From Balanoglossus misakiensis (taxonomy: Eukaryota > Animalia > Hemichordata), in assembly GCA_040954595.2 (NCBI GenBank), contig CM082598.2, positions 7,827,097 through 7,891,096 of the forward strand: a stretch of 64,000 nucleotides of DNA, given 5' to 3'. Below are positions 1-12,300 of the stretch, piece by piece. The translations under genes were made by a program, and so were the position numbers. The notes below the pieces were generated by a model, which was not told the origin of the DNA, ran no database searches, and was given only the letters and a program-made list of their open reading frames with translations. How positions within the stretch are numbered: the stretch's first letter is position 1; each line of letters opens with the position of its first letter.

Positions 1-2460
1 TTTTGGATGATTTTCATGAGTTATAACCCATGATTTTTATCACAAAATGGATAAATATTGAAATTTCGCAAAGTCGAAAAAATTGTCATTTTTGGATGAT
101 TTTCATGAGCTATAACCCATGATTCTAATCAAAAAATGGATAATTATTGAAATTTCGCAAAGTCGAAAATTGTCATTTTTGGGTTATTTTCATGAGCTAT
201 AAACCATGATTTTTATCAAAAAATGGATAAACATTGAAATTTCGCAAAGTCGAAAAATTGTCATTTTTGGGTGATTTTCATGAGCTATAAGCCATGATTT
301 TTATCAAAAATGGATAAATATTGAAATTTCGCAAAGTCGAAAAAATTGTAATTTTAGGATGATTTTCATGAGCTATAACCCATGATTTTTATTACAAAAA
401 AATGGATAAATATTGAAATTTCGCAAAGTCGAAAAAATTGTCATTTTTGGATGAATTTCATGAGCTATAAGCCATGATTTTTATCAAAAATGGATAAATA
501 TTGAAATTTCGCAAAGTCGAAAAAATTGTAATTTTAGGATGATTTTCATGAGCTATAACCCATGATTTTTATTACAAAAAAATGGATAAATATTGAAATT
601 TCGCAAAGTCGAAAAAATTGTCATTTTTGGATGATTTTCATGAGCTATAACCCATGATTTTTATCACACAATGAATAAATATTGAAATTTCGCAAAGTCG
701 AAAAAATTGTCATTTTTGGATGATTTTCATGAGCTATAACCCATGATTCTAATCAAAAAATGGATAATTATTGAAATTTCGCAAAGTCGAAAATTGTCAT
801 TTTTGGGTGATTTTCATGAGCTATAAACCATGATTTTTATCATAAAATGGATAAACATTGAAATAACATTGAAATTTCGCAAAGTCGAAAAATTGTCATT
901 TTTGGGTGATTTTCATGAGCTATATTAACCCATGATTTTTATCACAAAATGGATAAATATTGAAATTTCGCAAAGTCGAAAAAATTGTAATTTTTGGATG
1001 ATTTTCATGAGTTATAACCCATGATTTTTATCACAAAATGGATAAATATTGAAATTTCGCAAAGTCGAAAAAATTGTCATTTTTGGATGAATTTCATGAG
1101 CTATAACCCATGATTCTAATCAAAAAATGGATAATTATTGAAATTTCGCAAAGTCGAAAATTGTCATTTTTGGGTTATTTTCATGAGCTATAAACCATGA
1201 TTTTTATCAAAAAATGGATAAACATTGAAATTTCGCAAAGTCGAAAAATTGTCATTTTTGGGTGATTTTCATGAGCTATATTAACCCATGATTTTTATCA
1301 CAAAATGGATAAATATTTAAAATTCGCAAAGTCGAAACATTGTCATTTTTGGATGATTTTCATGAGCTATAACCCATGATTTTTATCAAAAAAATGGATA
1401 AATATTGAAATTTCGCAAAGTCGAAAAATTGTCATTTTTGGATGATTTTTATGAGCTATAACCCATGATTTTTATCAAAAAATGGATAAATATTGAAATT
1501 TCGCAAAGTCGAAAAATTGTCATTTTGGGTGTTTTTCATGAGCTATAACCCATGATTTTTATCAAAAAATGGATAAATATTGAAATTTCGCAAAGTCGAA
1601 AAATTGTCATTTTTGGGTTATTTTCATGAGCTATAACCCATGATTTTTATCAAAAAATGGAAAAATATTGAATATCGAAAGGTCGAAAAATTGTCATTTT
1701 TGGGTGATTTTCAAGAGCTATAACCCATGATTTTTATCACAAAATGGATAAATATTGAAATTTCGCAAAGTCGAAAAATTTTCATTTTTGGGTGATGTTC
1801 ATGAGCTATAACCCATGATTTTTATCAAAAAATGGATAAATATTGAAATTTCGCAAAGTCAAAAAATTGTCATTTTTGGATGATTTTCATTCGGTATAAC
1901 CCATGATTTTTATCAACAATGGATAAATATTGAAATTTCGCAAAGTCGAAAAATTGTAATTTTTGGATGATTTTCATGAGCTATAACCCATGATTTTTAT
2001 CAAAAAATGGATAAATATTGAAATTTCGCAAAGTCGAAAAAATTGTCATTTTTGGATGATTTTCATTCGGTATAACCCATGATTTTTATCAACAATGGAT
2101 AAATATTGAAATTTCGCAAAGTCGAAAAATTGTAATTTTTGGATGATTTTCATGAGCTATAACCCATGATTTTTATCAAAAAATGGATAAATATTGAAAT
2201 TTCGCAAAGTCGAAAAAATTGTCATTTTTGGATGATTTTCATTCGGTATAACCCATGATTTTTATCAACAATGGATAAATATTGAAATTTCGCAAAGTCG
2301 AAAAATTGTAATTTTTGGATGATTTTCAAGAGCTATAACCCATGATTTTTATCAAAAAACGGATAAATATTGAAATTTCGCAAAGTCGAAAAAATTGTCA
2401 TTTTTGGATGATTTTCATGAGCTATAACCCATGATTTTTATTACAAAAAAATGGATAAAT
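1..2460. repeat. Tandem satellite, ~88-92 bp monomer, ~27 copies (continues off the left edge)
   Basis: Repeating unit TTTTGGATGATTTTCATGAGCTATAACCCATGATTTTTATCAAAAAATGGATAAATATTGAAATTTCGCAAAGTCGAAAAAATTGTCAT. Length variation is mainly in A/T runs. It ends abruptly mid-monomer at ...GGATAAAT. Confidence 0.97.
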
Positions 2461-2461
2461 A

Positions 2462-3937
2462 AAACACGCTATCACCAAAGCGCCAGTACTTACCTACTTC
2501 GACGCTAGCAAAGAAATCGTGATCCAGTGTGACGCATCATGCAAAGGTCTAGGTGCTGTGTTACTGCAGAATGGCAAACCAATCCATTTCGCATCGAAAG
2601 CTCTCACCCCCGCTGAGTCTAACTACAGCAACATAGAATGCGAGATGTTAGCTGTTGTATGGGCGACGATACACTTCAAGCACTACGTGTTTGGTAGACG
2701 TTTTACCATTCACACCGACCACAAGCCACTAGAAGCGATAGCAAAGAAGCAAATTTGCAAGATGCCAGCTAGGATGCAGAGACTGATTCTACACATACGG
2801 GGATACAACTACGCTATCCATTACGTCCCAGGTCAGGACGTACCACTCGCCGACTGTCTATCCAGATGCGTAGACACGAAGCAGACCACATATCAGTTTC
2901 CTGATGTTGATGTTCATGTGCACGACATTTCCACTATGAAGCCCTTTGTCATAGATCGGATCCGCGAACTGACTGCAGCTGAGCCAGTTCTCCAGTCATT
3001 GTCCTTGTACATAACAAACGGATGGCCGAAAGAATCAGTGCAACGAAACAGCCCACACATACTGGCTGCATCGCTCTGAATTAGCCGTCCACAACGATGT
3101 TGTGCTGAAAGGTCACAGAATCGTCATACCGTCCAGTATGAGACAACACGTCCTACAAGTACTTCACCAACAGCACCAAGGTGTCGAGAAAACCAGAATT
3201 CGAGCCTGACAATCAGTGTACTGGCCCGGTCTGAACGCAGACATCGAAAACATGGTATGCGACTGTAACCAATGTCAGTCCTATCAGCGAAGCCAAACCA
3301 AGCTTCCAGTACAACTAATCCACAGCATTGAAGCCATGCAGACGATTGGCAGCGACTTATTCGAGTTTGAGTCATCTCAGTACCTGCTTAGCGTTGACTA
3401 CTACACAGGTTTCGTCTGGGCAAACAAGCTACCCAACACACGAAGCTCAACAGTCATCGGCAAGCTAGACGAAATTTTCTCCAATTTCGGCTACCCCGAG
3501 ATTTTGATTTCCGACAACGGCTCACAACTCACAAGTGAGGAATGATACCACGAGTACTGCAGATCCCATGAAATATGGTATTCCACCAGTGCACCCTATC
3601 ACCAACAAACGAATGGGCGTGCAGAAAGAAACATAGGCACGGTGAAAGCCATGCTTAAAAAGTCGCTCAAGAAAGGAGAGGAAAACCTGAGAGAAATCCT
3701 CTCAACGCTACGTGATACACCCATCACAGCAGACATTCCGTCTCCATTCGCGTTGATGTTCCCCGGCAGGAAGGTGGAGACAAATCTTCCATTCATACAG
3801 TACCGGTACGGTCATCAAACAGCCTCAGATGTCTACAGAGACAGAATCGAGCAGCGAGCAAACTCAAATGGAGGACATGCTGAAAAAATGCCACTCCATA
3901 TTGGCTCCCCATGCAGATTTCAGAAGACACCAAAGTC
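2462..3937 (+). pseudogene. pol: Ty3/Gypsy LTR-retrotransposon pol fragment (RT connection/RNase H, H2C2 zinc finger, integrase core), inactivated
   Basis: Reads KAPVLTYFD..IQCDAS..GLGAVLLQ..FASKALT.AE.NYS.IE.E.LAVVWA..F..Y..TDHKPL..LADCLSR (RNase H). After a frameshift near 3030-3040 it reads LHQQHQGVEKT..VYWPGL..CNQCQ (zinc finger), then GSDLF / ISDNG / TNGRAER (D,D,E). In-frame TGA at 3207 and 3543. No LTR, gag or RT core is present. Confidence 0.95.
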
Positions 3938-6473
3938 GGGCAAAAAGGTTGATATACATTCAGTATTTTTACGTATATGGACATGTAGATCAGGAATATG
4001 CGCAAGTATACAATAGTCTGCACAGTTGTACATCTACAATTTGCACCACATATATGTGACGTATATTCACGTATATGGAACATACCAATGTGTTAGTATA
4101 CGTGCACGTATATCTATGAAGATCACGGGTGTGCACAACGCAGACCAATGCAGATCAAGTGCACACCATAAACATTCCAACGTATTTGTACACATTCTCA
4201 GTGCATATCTTCCTTGCTATTTGCATGACTGTGTTATTAGCATACGTTACATCATCAGCACAGACATTAACATTTGCATAGTTGAGTTCACGTTTCTTGT
4301 ATTTTTACGTATATTTAACACAGACCCTTTCAGAAATTACCATACATTATGTCATCATCGTTGGCAAATATTTGCAAAAAAATTTGGGGGTCATATCCTT
4401 CAGGGTCAGGAATTGACCTTTCCTTCTTGTTCACCTTTCATTTGAGCTTTTATTGCTGTAAATTCGTTACTATTTATCTGCTTTGAGATGCAACTGCACT
4501 TCAAAGCAGATAAATAACAACAAATCGGTATCACATTTCAGACCGATACACTTTCTCCCATCATGCATCAATAAAAAAATGCTCACATAATGAAATTCAC
4601 GTAAATTATATTTAAAACATATAAAATGATTAAAGACAGTACATGGACAAAAAAAAATGTTTTGTTTTTAAATGCACACCTAAAATAATACTCAAAGTCT
4701 AGCTTCATTTAGTAACTCCAAAATACCATGAAACTTTACTTCATGATCATCTGACATCATCAGATCGCCTGCTTGCACCATTTTATCCTATTATGATTTG
4801 TCTTCAAAACCATCATCTTGCCATGACTCTGTAGAAGAAAAAAAGAAAGAAAGTATTTAGTTTGGTCATCTCAAGCACTTATCTTTGACTGCGGTGTCTA
4901 TGAGCTGCAACTTTGGCGAATTCTGAACCCACTGGCACAGTTTATATAGAGTGGGCTGTAAACACCTTCACCTTGAACACAGTGAAACGTCAGCCTGTTC
5001 TGTTTTACCTTTGACAGTGCACTGTTTATAATCAACGTCCCCCATTGTTTTTATATTATGGGTGAAAATGTCTCATTTGCATGCAACAAATTGGGCCATG
5101 GGAAATGTCTTCACACCTTCCAATTGTTTACTTTGTTATCTGTCATGTTGACAAAAAAGCATACAGATTCAATGTGCTGTTATCGCAACCAAGGTCAAAT
5201 AGTTATGACTGAATAGTTGCTCACTATCACGCGTAATAGCATGGTTAGAGCTACCAAGTATCAAAGCTCAGTAGCTGCTAAAATATCTGAACGTCAGCTA
5301 TTCTGGCAATCCAGCAATCCCGCGCTTATATGCATCTTGTCAACCATGAAACACCAAGCTGTAGCGCACACATGGAAATCCACCCAGTTTGTTTACCTTT
5401 TGTTTTAGCTAATCCTCAAGGCCTTTGATCTTGGCCGATGTTCCGCGTCTTTTTTCTCTACGGGTTATGCTCAATGTTATAAATCTTCACATACTACACC
5501 AAATTGAATGAAAAGTCTAAGAATAAAAGAGATATACTTACTCGTTGGTTGTATCGGATGAATCTTCTATGGTTACATAAAGCTGAGTGCTTTACCTGCC
5601 GCTGCAAAGTAAAACAAGGGACATTTGAGATAACAATACAAATGCTTGGTGGAAATGTCAAATTGTCAATCAAAACCTGTTTCTACATAGACATGCTTGA
5701 TGCACTAATGCAAACGGCAGAAATAAAAAGGACTCGGACTAACATAGCACATTATCCCATAGTAATCCAATCAGTTTCATAGTAACCAATGGAGTAGAAA
5801 TAGTGTCAAAACACAGACACATGGGTGGGGTGGATATGGACAAGACCAAAACACGATGTATGTTTAAACTTACACAAATCATACGATCTGGTCTTCCTTT
5901 GTTGGTGCATAGATTACCACCGCCGCATGTCGATTTTCCCTCAAAGACTTCTGTTCTGTGTCCAGACTATCTAAGTTTCTGTGTCAACTCTTCTTTTGCT
6001 TTGTCTGGTGTTGAAACTAACTTATGTACACGGTTGACGGCGTTCTGTGACTGCCAGCGGTGCTGGTGTTTCTGTGTACCGGAGGTGGATGTCGTAAAAC
6101 GTCGTAAAACAACCAGCGTTTTGCGACATAAAGTGGCCGCAGAAGTGCGGCCCAGATCTTTCATCAAACTTTTGAGAGCGTTTGCTTTTAAAAACGGGTG
6201 GTCCAAATAATCCTAATAATTAGCATGAATATACGTACATATACATGGACGTATACTGTAAGCACACTATTCGGTAGAAAATAACTACAAATACGTAGAT
6301 CTGCGGAACGTATATGTAAGAGAACGTGTACATGATGTATACTTCACGTATTTGTACACATATCTAGCAGCTTGCATTTGTTACGTAAATGCACGTATAT
6401 GAAACGTATATGTCAAATATACAAACTTAGTAGTTTTACGTATATTGTCGTATATCAATCATTTTGCCCAGTG
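3938..6473. mobile_element. Putative non-autonomous CACT-terminated (EnSpm/CACTA-like) DNA transposon, left TIR missing its outer 4 nt
   Basis: GGGCAAAAAGGTTGATATAC at 3938 is an 18/20 inverted match to GTATATCAATCATTTTGCCC(AGTG) at 6450-6473. The right end reads CACTGGGCAAAA on the minus strand. ACGTATAT motifs cluster subterminally at both ends. No transposase was recognised. Confidence 0.6.
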
Positions 6474-6642
6474 TTACATATGCCCATATATGGCTGAAAG
6501 TGAGTATTGGAGCGTTCTAAAGAACATATGGTGGCGTTCTTTTTTTTCGCGTGTGCCACCCACTGAAAATCTTTGATTGGCTAGATCTCAAGTTTCCATG
6601 GTAACTACATGTATACCTAATTTTCCATAGGTATAAACTGTA

Positions 6643-8006
6643 TACCTTTAACATTATGCCCCGTTTCTCTCTAAATAATGTGTTATGCCTCATTTTCATT
6701 ATTTTCATTCGCATGTGTATCTTAAACAATTTTGACTTGGTTACCATGGCAGTATTTGGCAACCCTTCTAATTTGCATAATTAAAAATGGCTGCAAAATA
6801 TATGTTCAGGAATGTTATTTTGCCGTTCTTATCCCGAGATCACGTACAATACTTGTTTATTTTAATGATATATGTAGAATCCATTTCTGATGTTAATTTA
6901 TTTAGTACATGTCACTACAGTGTAAAAATCCCCAAGCCAATATTAAATTTGACCTCCTGGTTGATGATGACTGGACAAATTAAACACCTTATTAGTTATC
7001 TTTGGGTTTGCCAAATCATGCTTTGTAGCACAATATATTTATGTACGACCAAAAAATGTTAAAGATTAATCATGTTTTCCCCAAAATGTTTTGAATGTAG
7101 TGTCCTCGAGGAGCGTTTACAATGTTTTGAAATGAGCAAAAACCTACTATAATGATGAGTGGGTGTTTTTAATGAAATTGCACTAACCTTTTCTTATCAA
7201 ATGCTGCATGACTAATTACTCTTTAATTTTAGTGCAGGATTCAAGATAACGGATTATGAACTGGGTGATAAAACGTGCTTTCTCCCGGGCTGCAACAAGT
7301 CTGGAAATTAAAATCGTTTAAGGCAAAGGCCATAAAGAAAATGGAGTGTACAAATGAACGGCGTGATGATGAAACCTTTACAAGAATGGGGCAGGTTTTG
7401 GATTCTCTTTTGGATAAGAAGAGGAAGGGGGTTCAGTCAATCCCGATGAACCAATAGTTCACAAGTGCAAGACTTTGACTTTGATTTGAAAACATACTGC
7501 CTGTTTTGTGCCTCACACTGTGATGCTATAAATCCCAAGCATCTCGTTAGGTGGAATAGAGTGGCACAATGTGAAAGAAAGGGTGTTAAAGATGCCCCAC
7601 CTTTCAAATATGTTGTATTAAAGTATTGTAATGATCAAAACTATGTGTGGAGTAGGGAAGTTGCTTTGCGGTGGGTCATGGTGCACATGACTTAGCTACA
7701 GCTGAGGCACAGTATTATATTAGTTGTTATGGTGAATTCAGGAATATTCCTGTGCATGCTGACCAGTGCTTGAAGATTGATGATGTAGCTTTGAAACCGC
7801 TTATCAATGAGATGTACATTAATAAAAAAACTATGTACGTGGACATCCATTGAATTGTACGATAAGTATACGAGTTTTGGTGGGAAACTGACACGAAAGC
7901 AAATGTTTACCAAGCTGGTTAGTCTAATTTTGGTGATGAAGTGTTGGTTCTTCAGGCTAAGGATTGCGTATCTATCGTTGGTTTCAGTGAGTTTTGTTGG
8001 CAAGGT
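6643..8006 (+). mobile_element. Truncated 5' part of an Academ-like DNA transposon, with degenerate N-terminal coding sequence at about 7275-8000
   Basis: Frameshifted fragments FDFDLKTYCLFC and HDLATAEAQYYISCYGEF fit a DLxAxEAxYHxxCY-type motif that I recall from large invertebrate Academ-type transposon proteins. The segment is homologous in inverted orientation to 8007-9040. Confidence 0.5.
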
Positions 8007-9379
8007 CCCTTTCTTTCACACTGTACCACTCTAGTCCACCTACATGTATCGGGATACTTGGGATTTATAGCATCACAGGGTGAAGCTCAAAACAGGCTGT
8101 GTGGTTTAAAATCAAAGACTTGTACTTGTGATTGTATGATTCTGACAACAGGTGGTTCTTCAGGATCTACTGAACCCCCCTTCCTCTTCTTATCCAAATT
8201 TTGATATGTATGACCAGTCACAGCCATGATGAACATCTACTAATGCTTCCCCTCCTTGAGAATCCAAAACCTGCCCCATTCTTGTAAAGGTTTCATCATC
8301 ACGCCGTTCATTTGTACACATCATCATTTTCTTTATGGCCTTTGCCTTAAACGATTTTAATTTCCAGACTTATTGCAGCTCGGGAGAAAGCAAGTTTTAT
8401 TATCCAGTAAATTATCTGCCATTTTGAACCCTGCACTAAAATTAAAGAGTAATTACTCATTCAACATTTGATAAGAAAAAATTAGTGCCATTTGATTGAA
8501 AACACCCGCTTACTACAGTAGGTTTTGCTAAGTTCAAAACATTGTAAACTCTCCTCGAGGACAGCACATTTAAAAAAAATTGGGGGAAATACATGATTAA
8601 TCTTTAACATTTTTTGGTCATACATAAATATATTGTGCTACAATGGATATTTGTTAAGCATGATTTGGCAAACCCCAAGATAAATAACAAAGCGTTCAAA
8701 TTGTCCAGTCATCGTCAACCAGGAGGTCAAATTTAATATTGGCTCGGCAATTTTTACACTGAAGTGACCTGTATTGAATAAATTAACATCAGTAATGGTT
8801 GCACAATAATGAAAATAAAATAAGGTGTTTCACATGATCCTGGGACAAGAACGGCAAAATTACATTCCCGAAAAGATGTTTGGCGGCCATTTTGAATTAT
8901 GCAAATTAGAAGGGTTGCCAAATACTGCCATGGTAACCAAGTCTAAATTGTTTAAGATACACATGTGAATGAAAATCATGAAAATGAGGCATAACACATC
9001 ATTTTTGGACAAACAGAGCAAAATTTAAATTTTAAAGGTATTCGGCGGCCATTTTTGATTATGCAAATTAGGAGAGTTGCCCGTAACTCTCTTTTTGACA
9101 TTTAAATTGTGTTGTTTTAGCTGCCCATATGAAGCAAATCCTTAAAATGATATATTACACACCATTTTGAGCCAAACTGGGCAAAATGTTAATTTTAGAG
9201 AATGTGTTTGGCGGCCATTTTTGATTATGCAAATTAGAAGAATTGCCCAAAGTTGCCATTTTGGCAACTAAGCTGAAATTGCTTTAGGGACCCATATGAA
9301 TGCAAATCAGCAAAAATACTTCATAGGAAACAACATTTCTAGGTTCACCATTGAGCATATAGGACTGTCGACAGGACTA
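8007..9379 (-). mobile_element. Second, inverted 5' part of the same Academ-like element, retaining a probable TAG terminus
   Basis: Reverse complement of 6643-7583 (for example GAGAATCCAAAACCTGCCCCATTCTTGTAAAGG near 8258 versus about 7376-7407). The outer end reads TAGTCCTG on the minus strand at 9379. Three ~165-bp subterminal repeats start at about 8882, 9044 and 9209. Confidence 0.55.
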
Positions 9380-12300
9380 CAGGGATTAATCATGAGTTTG
9401 AAATCCCCATATGCATTTAATACCCATGTCAAAGTGTAGTGTTTGCATCACTATCTACCCAGATGCATCATCAACATTGCTTCGCCATTTACCCTGATGC
9501 AAAGAATCAGATTCAATGTCATTGTTGCATTAGCAATGTCATAGGTACAGTGCTTTTGGACACGTATTAACCCAGGGATTTATCATCAAATTGAAATCCC
9601 CATATGCATTTAATACCCATGTCAAAGTGAAGTGATTGCATCACTATCTACCCTGATGAATCATAAAGCTTGCTTCGCCATTTACCCTGATGCAAAGAAT
9701 CAGATTCAATGTCATCGTTGCCTTAGCAATGTCTAGGTACAATTCTTTTGGACACATATTAACCTAGGGATTTATCATCAACTTGAAATCCCCATATGCA
9801 TTTAATACCCATGTCAAAGTGAAGTGTTTGCATATCTACCCTGATGCATCATAAAGCTTGCTTCGCCATTTACCCTGATGCAAAGAATCAGATTCAATGT
9901 CATCGTTGCATTAGCAATGTCAAAGTACAGTGCTTTTGGTCACGTATTAACCCAGGGATTTATCATGAGTTTGAAATCCCCATATGCATTTAATACCCAT
10001 GTCAAAGTGAAGTGTTTGCATCACTATCTACCCAGATGCATCATCAACCTTGCTTCGCCATTTACCCTGATGCAAAGAATCAGATTCAATGTCATCATTA
10101 CATTAGCAATGTCTATGTACAGTGCTTTTGGACACATATTAACCCAGGGATTTATCATCAACTTGAAATCCCCATATGCATTTAGTACCCATGTCAAAGT
10201 GAAGTGTTTGCATATCTACCCTGATGCATCATAAAGCTTGCTTCGCCATTTACCCTGATGCAAAGAATCAGATGCAATGTCATCGTTGCATTAGCAATGT
10301 CAAAGTACAGTGCTTTAGGACACGTATTAACCCAGGGATTTATCATGAGTTTGAAATCCCCATATGCATTTAATACCCATGTCAAAGTGAAGTGTTTGCA
10401 TCACTATCTACCCTGATGCATCATCAACCTTGCTTCGCCATTTATCCTGATGCAAAGAATCAGATTCAATGTCTTCGTTGCATTAGCAATGTCAAAGTAC
10501 AGTGCTTTTGGACACATATTAACCCACAGATTTTTCAACAACTTGAAATCCGCATATGCATTTAATACCCATGTCAAAGTGTAGTGTTTGCATCACTATC
10601 TACCCAGATGCATCATCAACCTTGCTTCGCCATTTACCCTGATGCAAAGAATCAGATTCAATGTCATCGTTGCATTAGCAATGTCAAAGTACAGTGCTTT
10701 TGGACACATATTAACCCAGGGATTTATCATCAACTTGAAATCCCCATATGCATTTAATACCCATGTCAAAGTGAAGTGTTCGCATATCTACCCTGATGCA
10801 TCATAAAGCTTGCTTCGCCATTTACCCTGATGCAAAGAATCCGATTCAATGTCATCGTTGCATTAGCAATGTCAAAGTACAGTGCTTTTGGACACGTAAT
10901 AACCCAGGGATTTATCATGAGTTTGAAATCCCCATATGCATTTAATACCCATGTCAAAGTGAAGTGTTTGCATCACTATCTACCCTGATGCATCATCAAC
11001 CTTGCTTCGCCATTTACCCTGATGCAAAGAATCAGATTCAATGTCATCGTTGCATTAGCAATGTCAAAGTACAGTGCTTTTGGCCACGTATTAACCCAGG
11101 GATTTATCATCAACTTGAAATCCCCATATGCATTTAATACCCATGTCAAAGTGAAGTGTTTGCATCACTATCTACCCAGATGCGTCATCAACCTTGCTTC
11201 GCCATTTACCCTGATGCAAAGAATCAGATTCAATGTCATCGTTGCATTAGCAATGTCATAGGTACAGTGCTTTTGGACACATATTAACCCAGGGATTTAT
11301 CTTCAACTTGAAATCCCCATATGCATTTAATACCCATGTCAAAGTGAAATGTTTGCATATCTACCCTGATGCATCATAAAGCTTGCTTCGCCATTTTTCC
11401 TGATGCAATGAATCAGATTTAATGTCATCGTTGCATTATCAATGTCAAAGTACAGTGCTTTTGGACACGTATTAACCCAGGGATTTATCATCAAATTGAA
11501 ATCCCCATATGCATTAAATACCCATGTCAAAGTGAAGTGATTGCATCACTATCTACCCTGATGAATCATAAAGCTTGCTTCGCCATTTACCCTGATGCAA
11601 AGAATCAGATTCAATGTCATCGTTGCATTAGCAATGTCAAAGTACAGTGCTTTTGGACACGTATTAACCCAGGGATTTATCATGAGTTTGAAATCCCTAT
11701 ATGCATTTAATACCCATGTCAAAGTGAAGTGTTTGCATATCTACCCTGATGCATCATCAACCTTGCTTCGCCATTTACCCTGATGCAAAGAATCAGATTC
11801 AATGTCATCGTTGCATTAGCAATGTCAAAGTACAGTTCTTTTGGACACGAATTAACCCACATATTTTTCAACAACTTGAAGTCCCCATATCCATTTAATA
11901 CCCATGTCAAAGTGAAGTGTTTGCATCACTATCTACCCAGATGCATCATCAACCTTGCCTCGCCATTTACCCTGATGCAAAGAATCAGATTCAATGTCAT
12001 CGTTGCATTAGCAATGTCATAGGTACAGTGCTTTTGGACACATATTAACCCAGGGATTTATCATCAACTTGAAATCCCCATATGCATTTAATACCCATGT
12101 CAAAGTGAAGTGTTTGCATATCTACCGTGATGCATCATCAACCTTGCTTCGCCATTTACCCTGATGCAAACAATCAGATTCAATGTCATCGTTGCATTAG
12201 CAATGTCATAGGTACAGTGCTTTTGGACACGTATTAACCCACAGATTTTTCAACAACTTGAAATCCCCATATGCATTTAATACCCATGTCAAAGTGTAGT

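Noticed and set aside
3020-3560. Programmed frameshift or stop readthrough in Gypsy pol
   Set aside because: The lesions lie within pol rather than at the gag-pol boundary, there are several of them, and the element is truncated on both sides, which indicates decay.
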